DNA from: a virus
Taxonomy: Duplodnaviria > Caudoviricetes
Length of the DNA stretch: 41,900 bases
Direction: 5' to 3' (one strand)
IMG/VR virus record: IMGVR_UViG_3300037461_000072
Location: 1-41,900 of that record
Shown here: piece by piece, positions 7,551 to 15,364 of the stretch
Position numbering within the stretch: position 1 is the first letter of the stretch
Layout of the letters: each line of letters begins with the position of its first letter
Translations under genes and position numbers: made by a program
The notes under the pieces: model-generated
What the model was told of the DNA's origin: nothing
The model's database searches: none
Seen by the model: only the letters and a program-made list of their open reading frames with translations

Positions 7551-8323
7551 TATTTAACCCCCTTAGAGAAATCGAAATCATCTAAAGTAGCGTTCTCTTC
7601 ATAGTTGAATGATCCGTCTTCATCCTCGCTAGTAATATTCTCAGTCTTAGCTACCTGTTTCTTAGCTAACTCCTTGCCCTGACAAGCCATGCATAACACG
7701 CTACCAAACTTCTTTATTGAATACTTTTCTACCGCATCTCCGACTAATCTTCCACAACTCGCACAAGCGGTATGACCATTTCCATCTCTAACTATCTCGC
7801 CTTTTTCGTCTCTAAAAGCGTCTCTTTTTACCTCTTTGGCTACGACTTTCCCATTGGATACAGTGTGTAACCCATCGGCTTCTACCTTTTCTTTTGCGGT
7901 TGTCTTTTTCTCAGGTTCTTTTGGGCTGTTATCGTTATTATCGGCATCTTTAGTATCATCTATAGCGAATAATCCGTTTAGCGCATATTTTCTTGCATAA
8001 CTAGAGGATGCTCCGGTAACTTGAGCCTGATCCATTCCAGACTTAGTATCGGATTCTCTAGCGTAAGCAACGGAACTGATAAACTCTTCCCCATCGGAAA
8101 TAGTAGCTGTAGCTTTAATATAAAATCTTGAATTTTCTCCACTAACTACCGGATATACTTCATCCCGTATAATAAGAGTTAATTCCCCAAGTAAAGGCTT
8201 AACTGCCTCTAATATATCCTCGGAGTTTCTGAAATGATACTTTCCAAAACTATTATACTGACTCTTGGGAGCTTTGAGTTTCTGTTGAATCTCGGACAGT
8301 TTTTTATTTAATTCTATTTTCAT
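7550..8323 (-). CDS. erf: ERF-family single-strand annealing protein with C-terminal Zn finger and acidic tail
   Basis: LKAPKSQYNSFGKY.FR..EDILEAVKP and QVTGASSSYARKYALNGLFAIDD..DAD; CxxC...CxxC. Confidence 0.92.
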   Translation of the reverse strand: MKIELNKKLSEIQQKLKAPKSQYNSFGKYHFRNSEDILEAVKPLLGELTLIIRDEVYPVVSGENSRFYIKATATISDGEEFISSVAYARESDTKSGMDQAQVTGASSSYARKYALNGLFAIDDTKDADNNDNSPKEPEKKTTAKEKVEADGLHTVSNGKVVAKEVKRDAFRDEKGEIVRDGNGHTACASCGRLVGDAVEKYSIKKFGSVLCMACQGKELAKKQVAKTENITSEDEDGSFNYEENATLDDFDFSKGVK

Positions 8324-8353
8324 ATTTATACCCTTCAAATATTTACTAAGTTA

Positions 8354-8382
8354 ATAGTAGCAAATTATTATACATATGTCAA
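8354..8382 (-). promoter_or_regulatory. Sigma70-type promoter of the early operon
   Basis: TTGACA-17-TACTAT with extended TG. Confidence 0.85.
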
Positions 8383-8394
8383 GTACCTATATAC

Positions 8395-8631
8395 TTATTG
8401 CTTTATTTTCTTCTTTTTCTTCTTACCTACACGCTTTTTAGGCACATCATACTTGCACAATATCTGGTGTATTCTAGTGGGAGTTAGGGGAATTGATACC
8501 CCATCTTCCACTCTTGCGTATTTAACTCCAAGTTGGGAAATGGTGTATACCCACTCCTTTTTCTCTTTCTTCATATAGTCTGCTATTAGCAGTTTGTCTC
8601 TTTTTATATCCGGTTTAGGTATATTTCCCAT
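8395..8631 (-). CDS. Small basic DNA-binding protein (HTH-like)
   Basis: YTISQLG...LTPTRIHQIL resembles a sigma region-4 HTH; Lys-rich tail; leaderless start. Confidence 0.55.
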   Translation of the reverse strand: MGNIPKPDIKRDKLLIADYMKKEKKEWVYTISQLGVKYARVEDGVSIPLTPTRIHQILCKYDVPKKRVGKKKKKKIKQ

Positions 8632-8637
8632 AGCGTA

Positions 8638-8666
8638 ATAGTACAGGTAGTATAGTATCTTGTCAA
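8638..8666 (-). promoter_or_regulatory. Sigma70 promoter, leaderless transcript
   Basis: TTGACA-17-TACTAT-6nt-ATG(8631). Confidence 0.85.
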
Positions 8667-8702
8667 CATAAAGATAACCCCACCTTTGACTATATTTTGT
8701 CA

Positions 8703-9011
8703 TTAGTGGGGTATATGCTCCCTGATCCATCTCTCTGTCCTTCCTCCTGTTCTTTTTAGCCTCCTAGCGATTATTTGCGGAGATTTACTATGTCCTTTTT
8801 TCTTACTAGCCAAGAAAATATGAACATTGTAATGGCACTGGACACAAAGAAACTCCATATTCTCAAATGTATCCTCGCCTCCTTGCGATGTCGGAATACG
8901 GTGGTGTGCTTCAAGCATCCAGCCGTCATAGAAAGATTTTCCGCATCTTTCGCATCTCCACTCGACACGTTTACCGTAGACCATCCTCATCCATTTTGGA
9001 AATCCACTCAT
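8703..9011 (-). CDS. HNH endonuclease
   Basis: CERC...LEAHHRIP...GG....N...LCVQCH. Confidence 0.9.
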   Translation of the reverse strand: MSGFPKWMRMVYGKRVEWRCERCGKSFYDGWMLEAHHRIPTSQGGEDTFENMEFLCVQCHYNVHIFLASKKKGHSKSPQIIARRLKRTGGRTERWIREHIPH

Positions 9012-9223
9012 TACCCACCTCGCCAGTTGTCTACTTCCATGACGCAGTTATCGAAAACTCGACAGCTGATTCGGAACATCGTTCCTTCGAACTCCCCCAA
9101 AGCTACGGTACATATGTAACCTTTAGGAGTTATCTCGAAAGTAACGGGTGTCCCTGCTTCAAGTGTGATCTCCTCCAAGTTAATGGTTTCAATCGTCATG
9201 CCCAGAGACACCCTCTTGTCCAT
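9011..9223 (-). CDS. Small accessory protein
   Basis: GGAGGTGTGAAATG start context. Confidence 0.7.
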   Translation of the reverse strand: MDKRVSLGMTIETINLEEITLEAGTPVTFEITPKGYICTVALGEFEGTMFRISCRVFDNCVMEVDNWRGG

Positions 9224-9224
9224 T

Positions 9225-9410
9225 TCACACCTCCTCGAACACGATGTTGAGATTGTTATACTGAAGCTCCCAGCCCTCCTTTTTCCACTCCGAAACGTGC
9301 TTCGAGATTGCCTCGTTTATTTCAGCAAATTCTCGGACTTCCATCTCGATGGTCTTGGTGACGTAACCATGACGGTTCTTGAACACTCCTACCCACTTAT
9401 AGACGAGCAT
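9225..9410 (-). CDS. Small accessory protein (probable paralog of 9412-9615)
   Basis: N-terminus YKWVGVFKNR; GGAGTGTGAAATG start context. Confidence 0.7.
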   Translation of the reverse strand: MLVYKWVGVFKNRHGYVTKTIEMEVREFAEINEAISKHVSEWKKEGWELQYNNLNIVFEEV

Positions 9411-9411
9411 T

Positions 9412-9615
9412 TCACACTCCTTGGTAGTCTTTGTTGCATCTGATCAAACACTCATCACACAGGGTGAAGCCTTGAACAAGCATTTGGTTCACCTTCTCAC
9501 GAATAGCCAACATAGCATATCGCTTTGCGGTGACGTGCATCTTCAAGGTCACAACAGCCACATTCTCGCAACCATCTGTTCTGCTGATAAACGTACCTAC
9601 CCATTTGTAGTACAT
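9412..9615 (-). CDS. Small accessory protein (probable paralog of 9225-9410)
   Basis: N-terminus YKWVGTFISR; GAGGTGTGAAATG start context. Confidence 0.7.
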   Translation of the reverse strand: MYYKWVGTFISRTDGCENVAVVTLKMHVTAKRYAMLAIREKVNQMLVQGFTLCDECLIRCNKDYQGV

Positions 9616-9651
9616 TTCACACCTCTTTCTAGTACATGTATGTACAGGTAT

Positions 9652-9843
9652 TTACTCCGTGTTTCGTTGCATCCACTTACGATCAACCGAGAAGTACCAA
9701 CCTTGCCAAGTTCCGTTGGCGATTACCAAGACATGTTCTGCGTGAAGATACTCGTGCTTGACCTCCTGTCCTTTGGGTAGCGTGACAACTGCGCAAATAG
9801 TGTTACGGAATACAGTGACTTGAGTTTCCTTCGTGAGTTTCAT
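9652..9843 (-). CDS. Small accessory protein
   Basis: GGAGGTCGAAATG start context. Confidence 0.7.
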   Translation of the reverse strand: MKLTKETQVTVFRNTICAVVTLPKGQEVKHEYLHAEHVLVIANGTWQGWYFSVDRKWMQRNTE

Positions 9844-9875
9844 TTCGACCTCCTAGTTTTCAAGGTACTAGAAAC

Positions 9876-9904
9876 AAAAAAAGCCGCCAAAAATTAGCGA
9901 CTTT
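9876..9904 (-). terminator. Intrinsic terminator upstream of the accessory cassette
   Basis: AAAGUCGCUAA-UUU-UUGGCGGCUUU followed by a U tract. Confidence 0.8.
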
Positions 9905-9938
9905 CTTAGGACATTTTATTCAACAAATCCATCTGTAT

Positions 9939-9947
9939 ATTTTAACA
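9939..9947 (-). promoter_or_regulatory. Extended -10 promoter
   Basis: TGtTAAAAT-6nt-ATG of the 8-aa ORF 9906-9932. Confidence 0.55.
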
Positions 9948-10268
9948 AGAATTGTGCTAACATTTAATAGTTATTATGCTCCTGCTAAACAATAACAGCT
10001 TAATAAAAACAAGAAAGATTCTCTCTACTTTATTCCCAAAAAATTGTCTAGATTCCTTATCCGGATAGATTCTTGGGTAGCTGTTATTCTCGTAACAAAC
10101 ACAAGGAGTGAACCTATCTTGGTAACGTGCCTTTGTATAGTACGAATGTACGGCTATCCATGTTTTTTCTAATAGCCTCACGTCCCTTAGCTCCAATCCC
10201 TTTTTATATGCATTGTTTTTTTATCCTTGTTTCCAAGTTTCGAAAATTTTTATGTTCGTTTGCAAGTG

Positions 10269-10420
10269 ACTAAATATAGAACTGGGGTTCTACGGTTGGG
10301 GAAGAGACCTACGAGTCTTCCTTATCTGAACCTGTAACCCAAAGTTGCATCTATCCTGAAACCTCGTAGTAGGACTAATCAGTTCGATGGAGCTTACGGG
10401 ATCACAATCTTATATTTAGT
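10269..10420. ncRNA. Unclassified multi-stem structured element with loop-loop pairing
   Basis: Nested complementary segments plus CTACGAG/CTCGTAG loop complementarity. No known family recognised. Confidence 0.55.
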
Positions 10421-10532
10421 ATTATCAAATTGCCTTTAACCTCACGTTGCCCTGTGCGTTGAGCTTAATTCGTGCTTTTACTATCCTTGTGTCGGCACGA
10501 CAGGTTTCTCAACTATCCTCCCTTACGACAGG

Positions 10533-10561
10533 AAAAAAATAGACACCTGTTTCAAGGTGTC
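10533..10561 (-). terminator. Intrinsic terminator (possibly bidirectional)
   Basis: GACACCU-UGAAAC-AGGUGUC followed by UAUUUUUUU. Confidence 0.75.
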
Positions 10562-10639
10562 CTGTTTGATTTCTTTATTCTTTTTTGTTACACTATGATT
10601 ATTCATGTGATAATGAAAAGACTACCATGTAGTCGCAAG

Positions 10640-10665
10640 AGCCGTCAAGTAATTGGCGGCTTTTT
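10640..10665 (+). terminator. Intrinsic terminator
   Basis: AGCCGUCAA-GUAA-UUGGCGGCU followed by UUUU. Confidence 0.8.
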
Positions 10666-10711
10666 GTTTCTGTTATAGTATTTGCTTTCATAACAACATA
10701 ATCCCCTTGTT

Positions 10712-10739
10712 TTGCATCCTCATGCGAATAGTGTATAGT
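10712..10739 (+). promoter_or_regulatory. Promoter, leaderless transcript
   Basis: TTGCAT-16-TATAGT-6nt-ATG(10746). Confidence 0.65.
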
Positions 10740-10745
10740 ACCTAT

Positions 10746-11234
10746 ATGCAAGAGACGTTTAACAGGGACTTGAAAGCCGGAAAGGGGGTTGAACATGAGG
10801 TTTGTAATCACCTTAAAAAGAGATATCCCGATACTTATGTGGTAGATGGGTATTGTAAAGAATGGGACATAGTTATTCCGGAAATTGGTAGAACTGTAGA
10901 AGTGAAACAAGACGAAAAAAGTAATTTCACCGGAAACTTCTTAATTGAAATTGAGTTTGGTGGAAAACCCTCAGCATTATCAACCAGTAAAGCGGACTGG
11001 TATATCCTCGTGGATAAGAATTATTACTACATAGTACAGACTGATATTTTACGTTGGCTAGTTAGAGATTATTTGACGAATGAGTATGGAGAATTGTATA
11101 CCCCAGCATCCTTTGTTGGAGCTGGGGATATAACACCTAAGAGAGCGTATCTAATACCAAAAGATAGGTTAGTAAACTCCGGCTACATAAGGGTAGCTAA
11201 TAGACCATCAAAACCTGCTAATACCTTTAGTTAG
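10746..11234 (+). CDS. PD-(D/E)XK nuclease-fold protein (the only clear plus-strand gene)
   Basis: E...WD...VEVK.D....TGNF.IE.....S....SKADW. Confidence 0.8.
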   Translation: MQETFNRDLKAGKGVEHEVCNHLKKRYPDTYVVDGYCKEWDIVIPEIGRTVEVKQDEKSNFTGNFLIEIEFGGKPSALSTSKADWYILVDKNYYYIVQTDILRWLVRDYLTNEYGELYTPASFVGAGDITPKRAYLIPKDRLVNSGYIRVANRPSKPANTFS

Positions 11235-11498
11235 TAATGAGGTTATTGGTTTCTTAGCAGTACCTTCTTCTTCCTTCTCTTTTCCGACCTCATGCATGAA
11301 TTTATCGATAAAAGAGAGGATTGACCAGACAATGGGTGTGCCGAAACCCATTAACTGTAGCTTTTGTTCTTCAGTAAACTCAAACCCCGCACTTCGAGTA
11401 ATAAAGCCGAACAACCAATTTAATAACCAAGCGTATACGAATAGTAACGCCTGTCTTAATGGTTGTTTAATTGACTCATAGATCATTTCCCAATTCAT
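11208..11498 (-). CDS. Putative holin
   Basis: Two hydrophobic segments and a charged C-terminus; follows the endolysin. Confidence 0.6.
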   Translation of the reverse strand: MNWEMIYESIKQPLRQALLFVYAWLLNWLFGFITRSAGFEFTEEQKLQLMGFGTPIVWSILSFIDKFMHEVGKEKEEEGTAKKPITSLLTKGISRF

Positions 11499-11526
11499 AT
11501 TTACTCACCGCCTTTTGTCAAAATAA

Positions 11527-12480
11527 CTACTTGCCCTTTATCGCTATAATTAACAGGTTCAACGCTTCCCCTACCGTGTACTTCTTAGCCTTTAGACGCT
11601 TAATTTCGCCCTCTAGGGCTGTTTTAGATAGAGTTAGGGTATCTACACTATTTTGAGCTATTTCTAAGTCCCTGCGGTCTTGTAGCGCCTGTTCCCTTAG
11701 TTTGATATTGTCCTGATTTCTTTCTTCTGCAAGGTCTTGCAGTTTCTTATAGTCTTCTTGGGCTTGATCTATCAGGGTTTGTCTATTTTCAGCTTTTATC
11801 TTCCAACCCTCTCCCCAAGTAGTCATTTTAGCAAGTTCGTCTCTTAATCTGACAATCTCTTCTTGTAACGGATCAGTAAGTTTAGAAAATCCATACTTAT
11901 AGAACTGTGTAATCTCACCATAGAATACGTTTCCGTCTACTCTACCATTTATTCCTTTTACCTGTTCCTGATTCGAGTACTGTCTGAACGCTACCACTTC
12001 CCACGGGGTTTTCGGAGAATCGTTTATCGTGTAATCCCAGTAAGCCAACCAAAGCCCGTACCCCTTATCTACAACAGGTTTCCAGTCATAAGTCTGTGTA
12101 ATATGTCTGTTTAGGTAGACTAATGGTTTATATCCCCCATAATTAGCTGAAAGTTTATCCAAAAACTTCAAACTCCAGCCAACAGGATCGGGGTACGATT
12201 CCTCAAAATCTAGGAATAATATTTCCCCCTTCTCAATAATCCCCACTACGTGTGAAAACCAATCTGCTTCCGCTTCGGGTGAATTATAGGTCGGGTACGC
12301 ATAGTGATAGAATCCTCTCGGAATCTTTAACCTTCGTAATTCCTTACAGTTGTAAACAAAACACTCGTCTATATATCCGTTTCCATAAGAGGATCGGATA
12401 ATCACAAAATCAGTATTCTCTTTTAGAATATCGAAATTAACCGCACCTTGCCACTTACTAATATCTACACCTTTGAGCAT
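11527..12480 (-). CDS. Endolysin: GH25 muramidase with coiled-coil C-terminus
   Basis: GVDISKWQG, GFYHY, LDFE, LWLAYW, QYS and VDGN motifs. Confidence 0.93.
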   Translation of the reverse strand: MLKGVDISKWQGAVNFDILKENTDFVIIRSSYGNGYIDECFVYNCKELRRLKIPRGFYHYAYPTYNSPEAEADWFSHVVGIIEKGEILFLDFEESYPDPVGWSLKFLDKLSANYGGYKPLVYLNRHITQTYDWKPVVDKGYGLWLAYWDYTINDSPKTPWEVVAFRQYSNQEQVKGINGRVDGNVFYGEITQFYKYGFSKLTDPLQEEIVRLRDELAKMTTWGEGWKIKAENRQTLIDQAQEDYKKLQDLAEERNQDNIKLREQALQDRRDLEIAQNSVDTLTLSKTALEGEIKRLKAKKYTVGEALNLLIIAIKGK

Positions 12481-12921
12481 TTAGTCCCTTTCTATAACTT
12501 TAAACGGCTCGGTATGAGCTATAACTGTAATCTCTCTTATGGGGTTTACATAATAGGTAAAGGCTATCTTTAATCTGTAAGTTCCTGACGGTAGTTCATA
12601 GGGTACAACCTGAGCAATCCTAGCAACCCTACAGCCCTCAAAATTACTTGCCTGAGTAATAGAAGCAGGGAAGGTTATATCATTAACATAGGATTTTTGT
12701 ACCTCACAGACCTTATCCGTGAATTTACAGTAGTCTATCTCGTAAATTAATGGCGTACTTTTTCCCACTACAGGAGTAACTATTTTTATAGGTTCTTTAT
12801 TAACCTCTAAGGTTTTATATGGGTAAGTTAACCAAAAGGTGATTGTCGCAATCATTATGAATGCGCTAAAAAATGTTAGGTATGTAATTATATTAAAAAT
12901 CTTTGCCTTGGTTTCTTTCAT
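12481..12921 (-). CDS. Membrane-anchored protein in the lysis cassette
   Basis: N-terminal TM followed by a beta-rich domain with Cys residues. Confidence 0.65.
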   Translation of the reverse strand: MKETKAKIFNIITYLTFFSAFIMIATITFWLTYPYKTLEVNKEPIKIVTPVVGKSTPLIYEIDYCKFTDKVCEVQKSYVNDITFPASITQASNFEGCRVARIAQVVPYELPSGTYRLKIAFTYYVNPIREITVIAHTEPFKVIERD

Positions 12922-13175
12922 TTTTTTATCACCAAACTCAATAACGCACCCATGACGCTTGTTAAAATTAACATTACGATTATATCTACCTTTTTTTTAA
13001 TCGCATCTAGTTGTTCAATCTTGGAAGTTAGTTCTTGTTTAAGTAGCATCATCTCTCCTTTTGTCGCATATTGAGATTCTATTTTTCTCTCTATAGAGTC
13101 GAGTTTCTCCTTGATATATATTATATCTACTTCTATAACAGATGCCTTTGAGTTCCTATCAGTACTTCTTTCCAT
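12918..13175 (-). CDS. Coiled-coil + C-terminal TM protein (holin/XhlA-like)
   Basis: Architecture and position. Confidence 0.6.
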   Translation of the reverse strand: MERSTDRNSKASVIEVDIIYIKEKLDSIERKIESQYATKGEMMLLKQELTSKIEQLDAIKKKVDIIVMLILTSVMGALLSLVIKK

Positions 13176-15363
13176 CTATAGCTTTCGTGATCTGATCCTT
13201 AGTCATATCCCCATTCTTGAATTTAATAATTAAATCCTGAGCCTCTTTCTTGGTTACTTTTCCTTCCTTTAACGCCTTTCCGAGTGCGTTTTCTACCGGA
13301 GTGAAACTTCTCCATTTAGATGTACTAACTAATTTTAGATTATTTTCGTCATTAGTTCCACCTAACTCCAACGGAATAGTATGATCCAATTTCATTTCCG
13401 GATTATCTGCATTAGCCTTTTTCTTTATCTCCTGTGACTCAGATACCGGCATTCTTTCTACGATAACTGTATTACCAGTCACTCTAACTATCTTCTGACC
13501 TGTAAATATCCTGTTGAAAGCGGTAACAGGATCTACGTCTAAGGCTTTAGAGTACACCATGACGTAACTTATGATATCCCCATCTGTAACCTTAGTATTC
13601 TCCGGAATGATCTGCGAGTTTTTATTAGGAGTTATACTCGTTGAAGTAGAGAATCCTAAAAGATCTAATATAATAGATCCTAGTACGAATCCCGATGCCG
13701 GATCTTCTATTATTTCCTTCATATTCTGTAGCGGCAGTGGAATTGTTGCTCCTTTAACGGCTTTACTTAACGTAACCGGTTCTCCATTGAAATCTTCTCC
13801 CTTCCATATATCCGCTAATACACTAGCTGCTGGAGCTAACTTTCCTTCCAAGAATCCAGTAATTACATCCCATGCTGACATATATCCTTCTGGTTCTAGT
13901 TTGAACCAGTTTCCAGACGAACTCTTATACCAAAATGCCCTTTCCCCCTCGTGTTTAGTAGGTATCAGTCTGGAAGCTAACGTAACAAGAGAAGCCATGC
14001 CTCCTGTTATGTCTACCCAATGACCGAATATCTTTACTTTCCCAAAGTTAGTGCTTCTGGGGTCATCATCTACCCAATCTGGGTTAAGAAGACCGGCTAT
14101 GGTTATCAAAGAAGCTGCAGTCATAGCCATATTCAAAGTGTTTTTAGCAGCTTCAACTCTTGCAAATTTTTCTCCAGCACTCTTGAACGGTTTGATTCCC
14201 GTTTCACCGGCTAACCAATTTATTGGAGCAGTGACTTTATCTACATTAGATTTCAAATATTTAATTGAGAAAAACAAAATGTTGGCTTCTTTGGCTATTA
14301 CCTCTGCTTTACCCAAACTACCTCTTCCAGTCATAGATCCAATCATTCTCCCAATAGGTTTCGCATCGTCTGGGTTTAAGGTGTTTATTCCCTGCTTTTC
14401 AGCTATAGCGATGTATCTATCAGCTAAATCCGCTCTTAATCTAAGTGCTGCACCGTTATAAGCTGAGGTAGAAGCTCTATACAGCCTTCTCAATAAAGGT
14501 ATCTTTTCCGGAATTGTTGAGGGGAACGCTTCTTCTGACAGTACATCTAGTCCGTACCCACCGGCTTTATACTTTCCGTTTACAGCGTTGGGTCTTGAGT
14601 ATATGTCTGCCTTTACAATCGCCATTGCGTCTTTACCGGCAAGTTCTGTTCCAATATCAGACCACGACTTCATAAAGTTTCTAGTCCATATACCGGCTGT
14701 TCTAGTATTCAGTAGTACCGGAAGACCCTGCCTTCCCCAAAAGCTGTTATCCATTGAGGAGAGTAGCGACTTGGATGCGGAAGGAATATCTAACGCTAAC
14801 GTGCTGACTTTCTTCAGCGGATCTTCTTTGAAAGTTATTTTTCTTGATTCCAATTTTAGTTCGTTTACATACTCCTCCAACGCTACCTTACTAGCACCAT
14901 ACTCCAATCTATTTTCTTCTGACGGGAAAACCCCATTCTTATCGGCTAGAGATTTTGCTGTAGTTACCGCTTTGGAAAGATCTGCTATGTTTTTAGCCTC
15001 TTCTTGAGTAACTTCCATCTTTAGTTTAGTGGAAGCTAAATCGTGTAAAAACTGTTCTCCTTCTTGTGGATCTAATATCTTACTCATTCTCTCTATTCTA
15101 GTTACTATGTCGGATCTTATTTGTGGTGTCATTCCGGCTACTCTCTTTGCCCAACTAATCATTCCCAACTGTTGATTTTTTAACAACAGTTTACTTTCAA
15201 ATAATGAGTTGACGTTGGTAGCATTTTCTTCACCGACATATTTAGCTAGGAAAGAATTTCTCTCGGCACTTGTCATCTGAGATAACTTAACAGGATCTAT
15301 AGTCCCATCTTTTAGAGCTAGTCTGAAAGCGTCTGCAAATTGTTTTATTAGACACCATGCCAC
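13159..15363 (-). CDS. Putative internal virion/ejection protein with C-terminal HNH-like motif
   Basis: Helical body in the ejection-protein position; LDHTIPLELGGTNDENNL near the C-terminus. Confidence 0.6.
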   Translation of the reverse strand: MAWCLIKQFADAFRLALKDGTIDPVKLSQMTSAERNSFLAKYVGEENATNVNSLFESKLLLKNQQLGMISWAKRVAGMTPQIRSDIVTRIERMSKILDPQEGEQFLHDLASTKLKMEVTQEEAKNIADLSKAVTTAKSLADKNGVFPSEENRLEYGASKVALEEYVNELKLESRKITFKEDPLKKVSTLALDIPSASKSLLSSMDNSFWGRQGLPVLLNTRTAGIWTRNFMKSWSDIGTELAGKDAMAIVKADIYSRPNAVNGKYKAGGYGLDVLSEEAFPSTIPEKIPLLRRLYRASTSAYNGAALRLRADLADRYIAIAEKQGINTLNPDDAKPIGRMIGSMTGRGSLGKAEVIAKEANILFFSIKYLKSNVDKVTAPINWLAGETGIKPFKSAGEKFARVEAAKNTLNMAMTAASLITIAGLLNPDWVDDDPRSTNFGKVKIFGHWVDITGGMASLVTLASRLIPTKHEGERAFWYKSSSGNWFKLEPEGYMSAWDVITGFLEGKLAPAASVLADIWKGEDFNGEPVTLSKAVKGATIPLPLQNMKEIIEDPASGFVLGSIILDLLGFSTSTSITPNKNSQIIPENTKVTDGDIISYVMVYSKALDVDPVTAFNRIFTGQKIVRVTGNTVIVERMPVSESQEIKKKANADNPEMKLDHTIPLELGGTNDENNLKLVSTSKWRSFTPVENALGKALKEGKVTKKEAQDLIIKFKNGDMTKDQITKAIDGKKY

Positions 15364-15364
15364 T

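Noticed and set aside
9957-10196. 79-aa minus-strand ORF
   Set aside because: TTG start, no recognisable motif and located in the regulatory region. It may be real but I cannot support it.
10340-10385. Hammerhead ribozyme (minus strand CUGAUUAGUCCU...AGGAU)
   Set aside because: The core deviates: CUGAUUA instead of CUGAnGA, and no GAAA after stem II.
10472-10910. ORFs 10472-10678(+), 10599-10910(-) and the N-terminal extension 10653-10745
   Set aside because: They run through terminators and promoters or lie antisense to the nuclease. ATG 10746 fits a leaderless promoter better.
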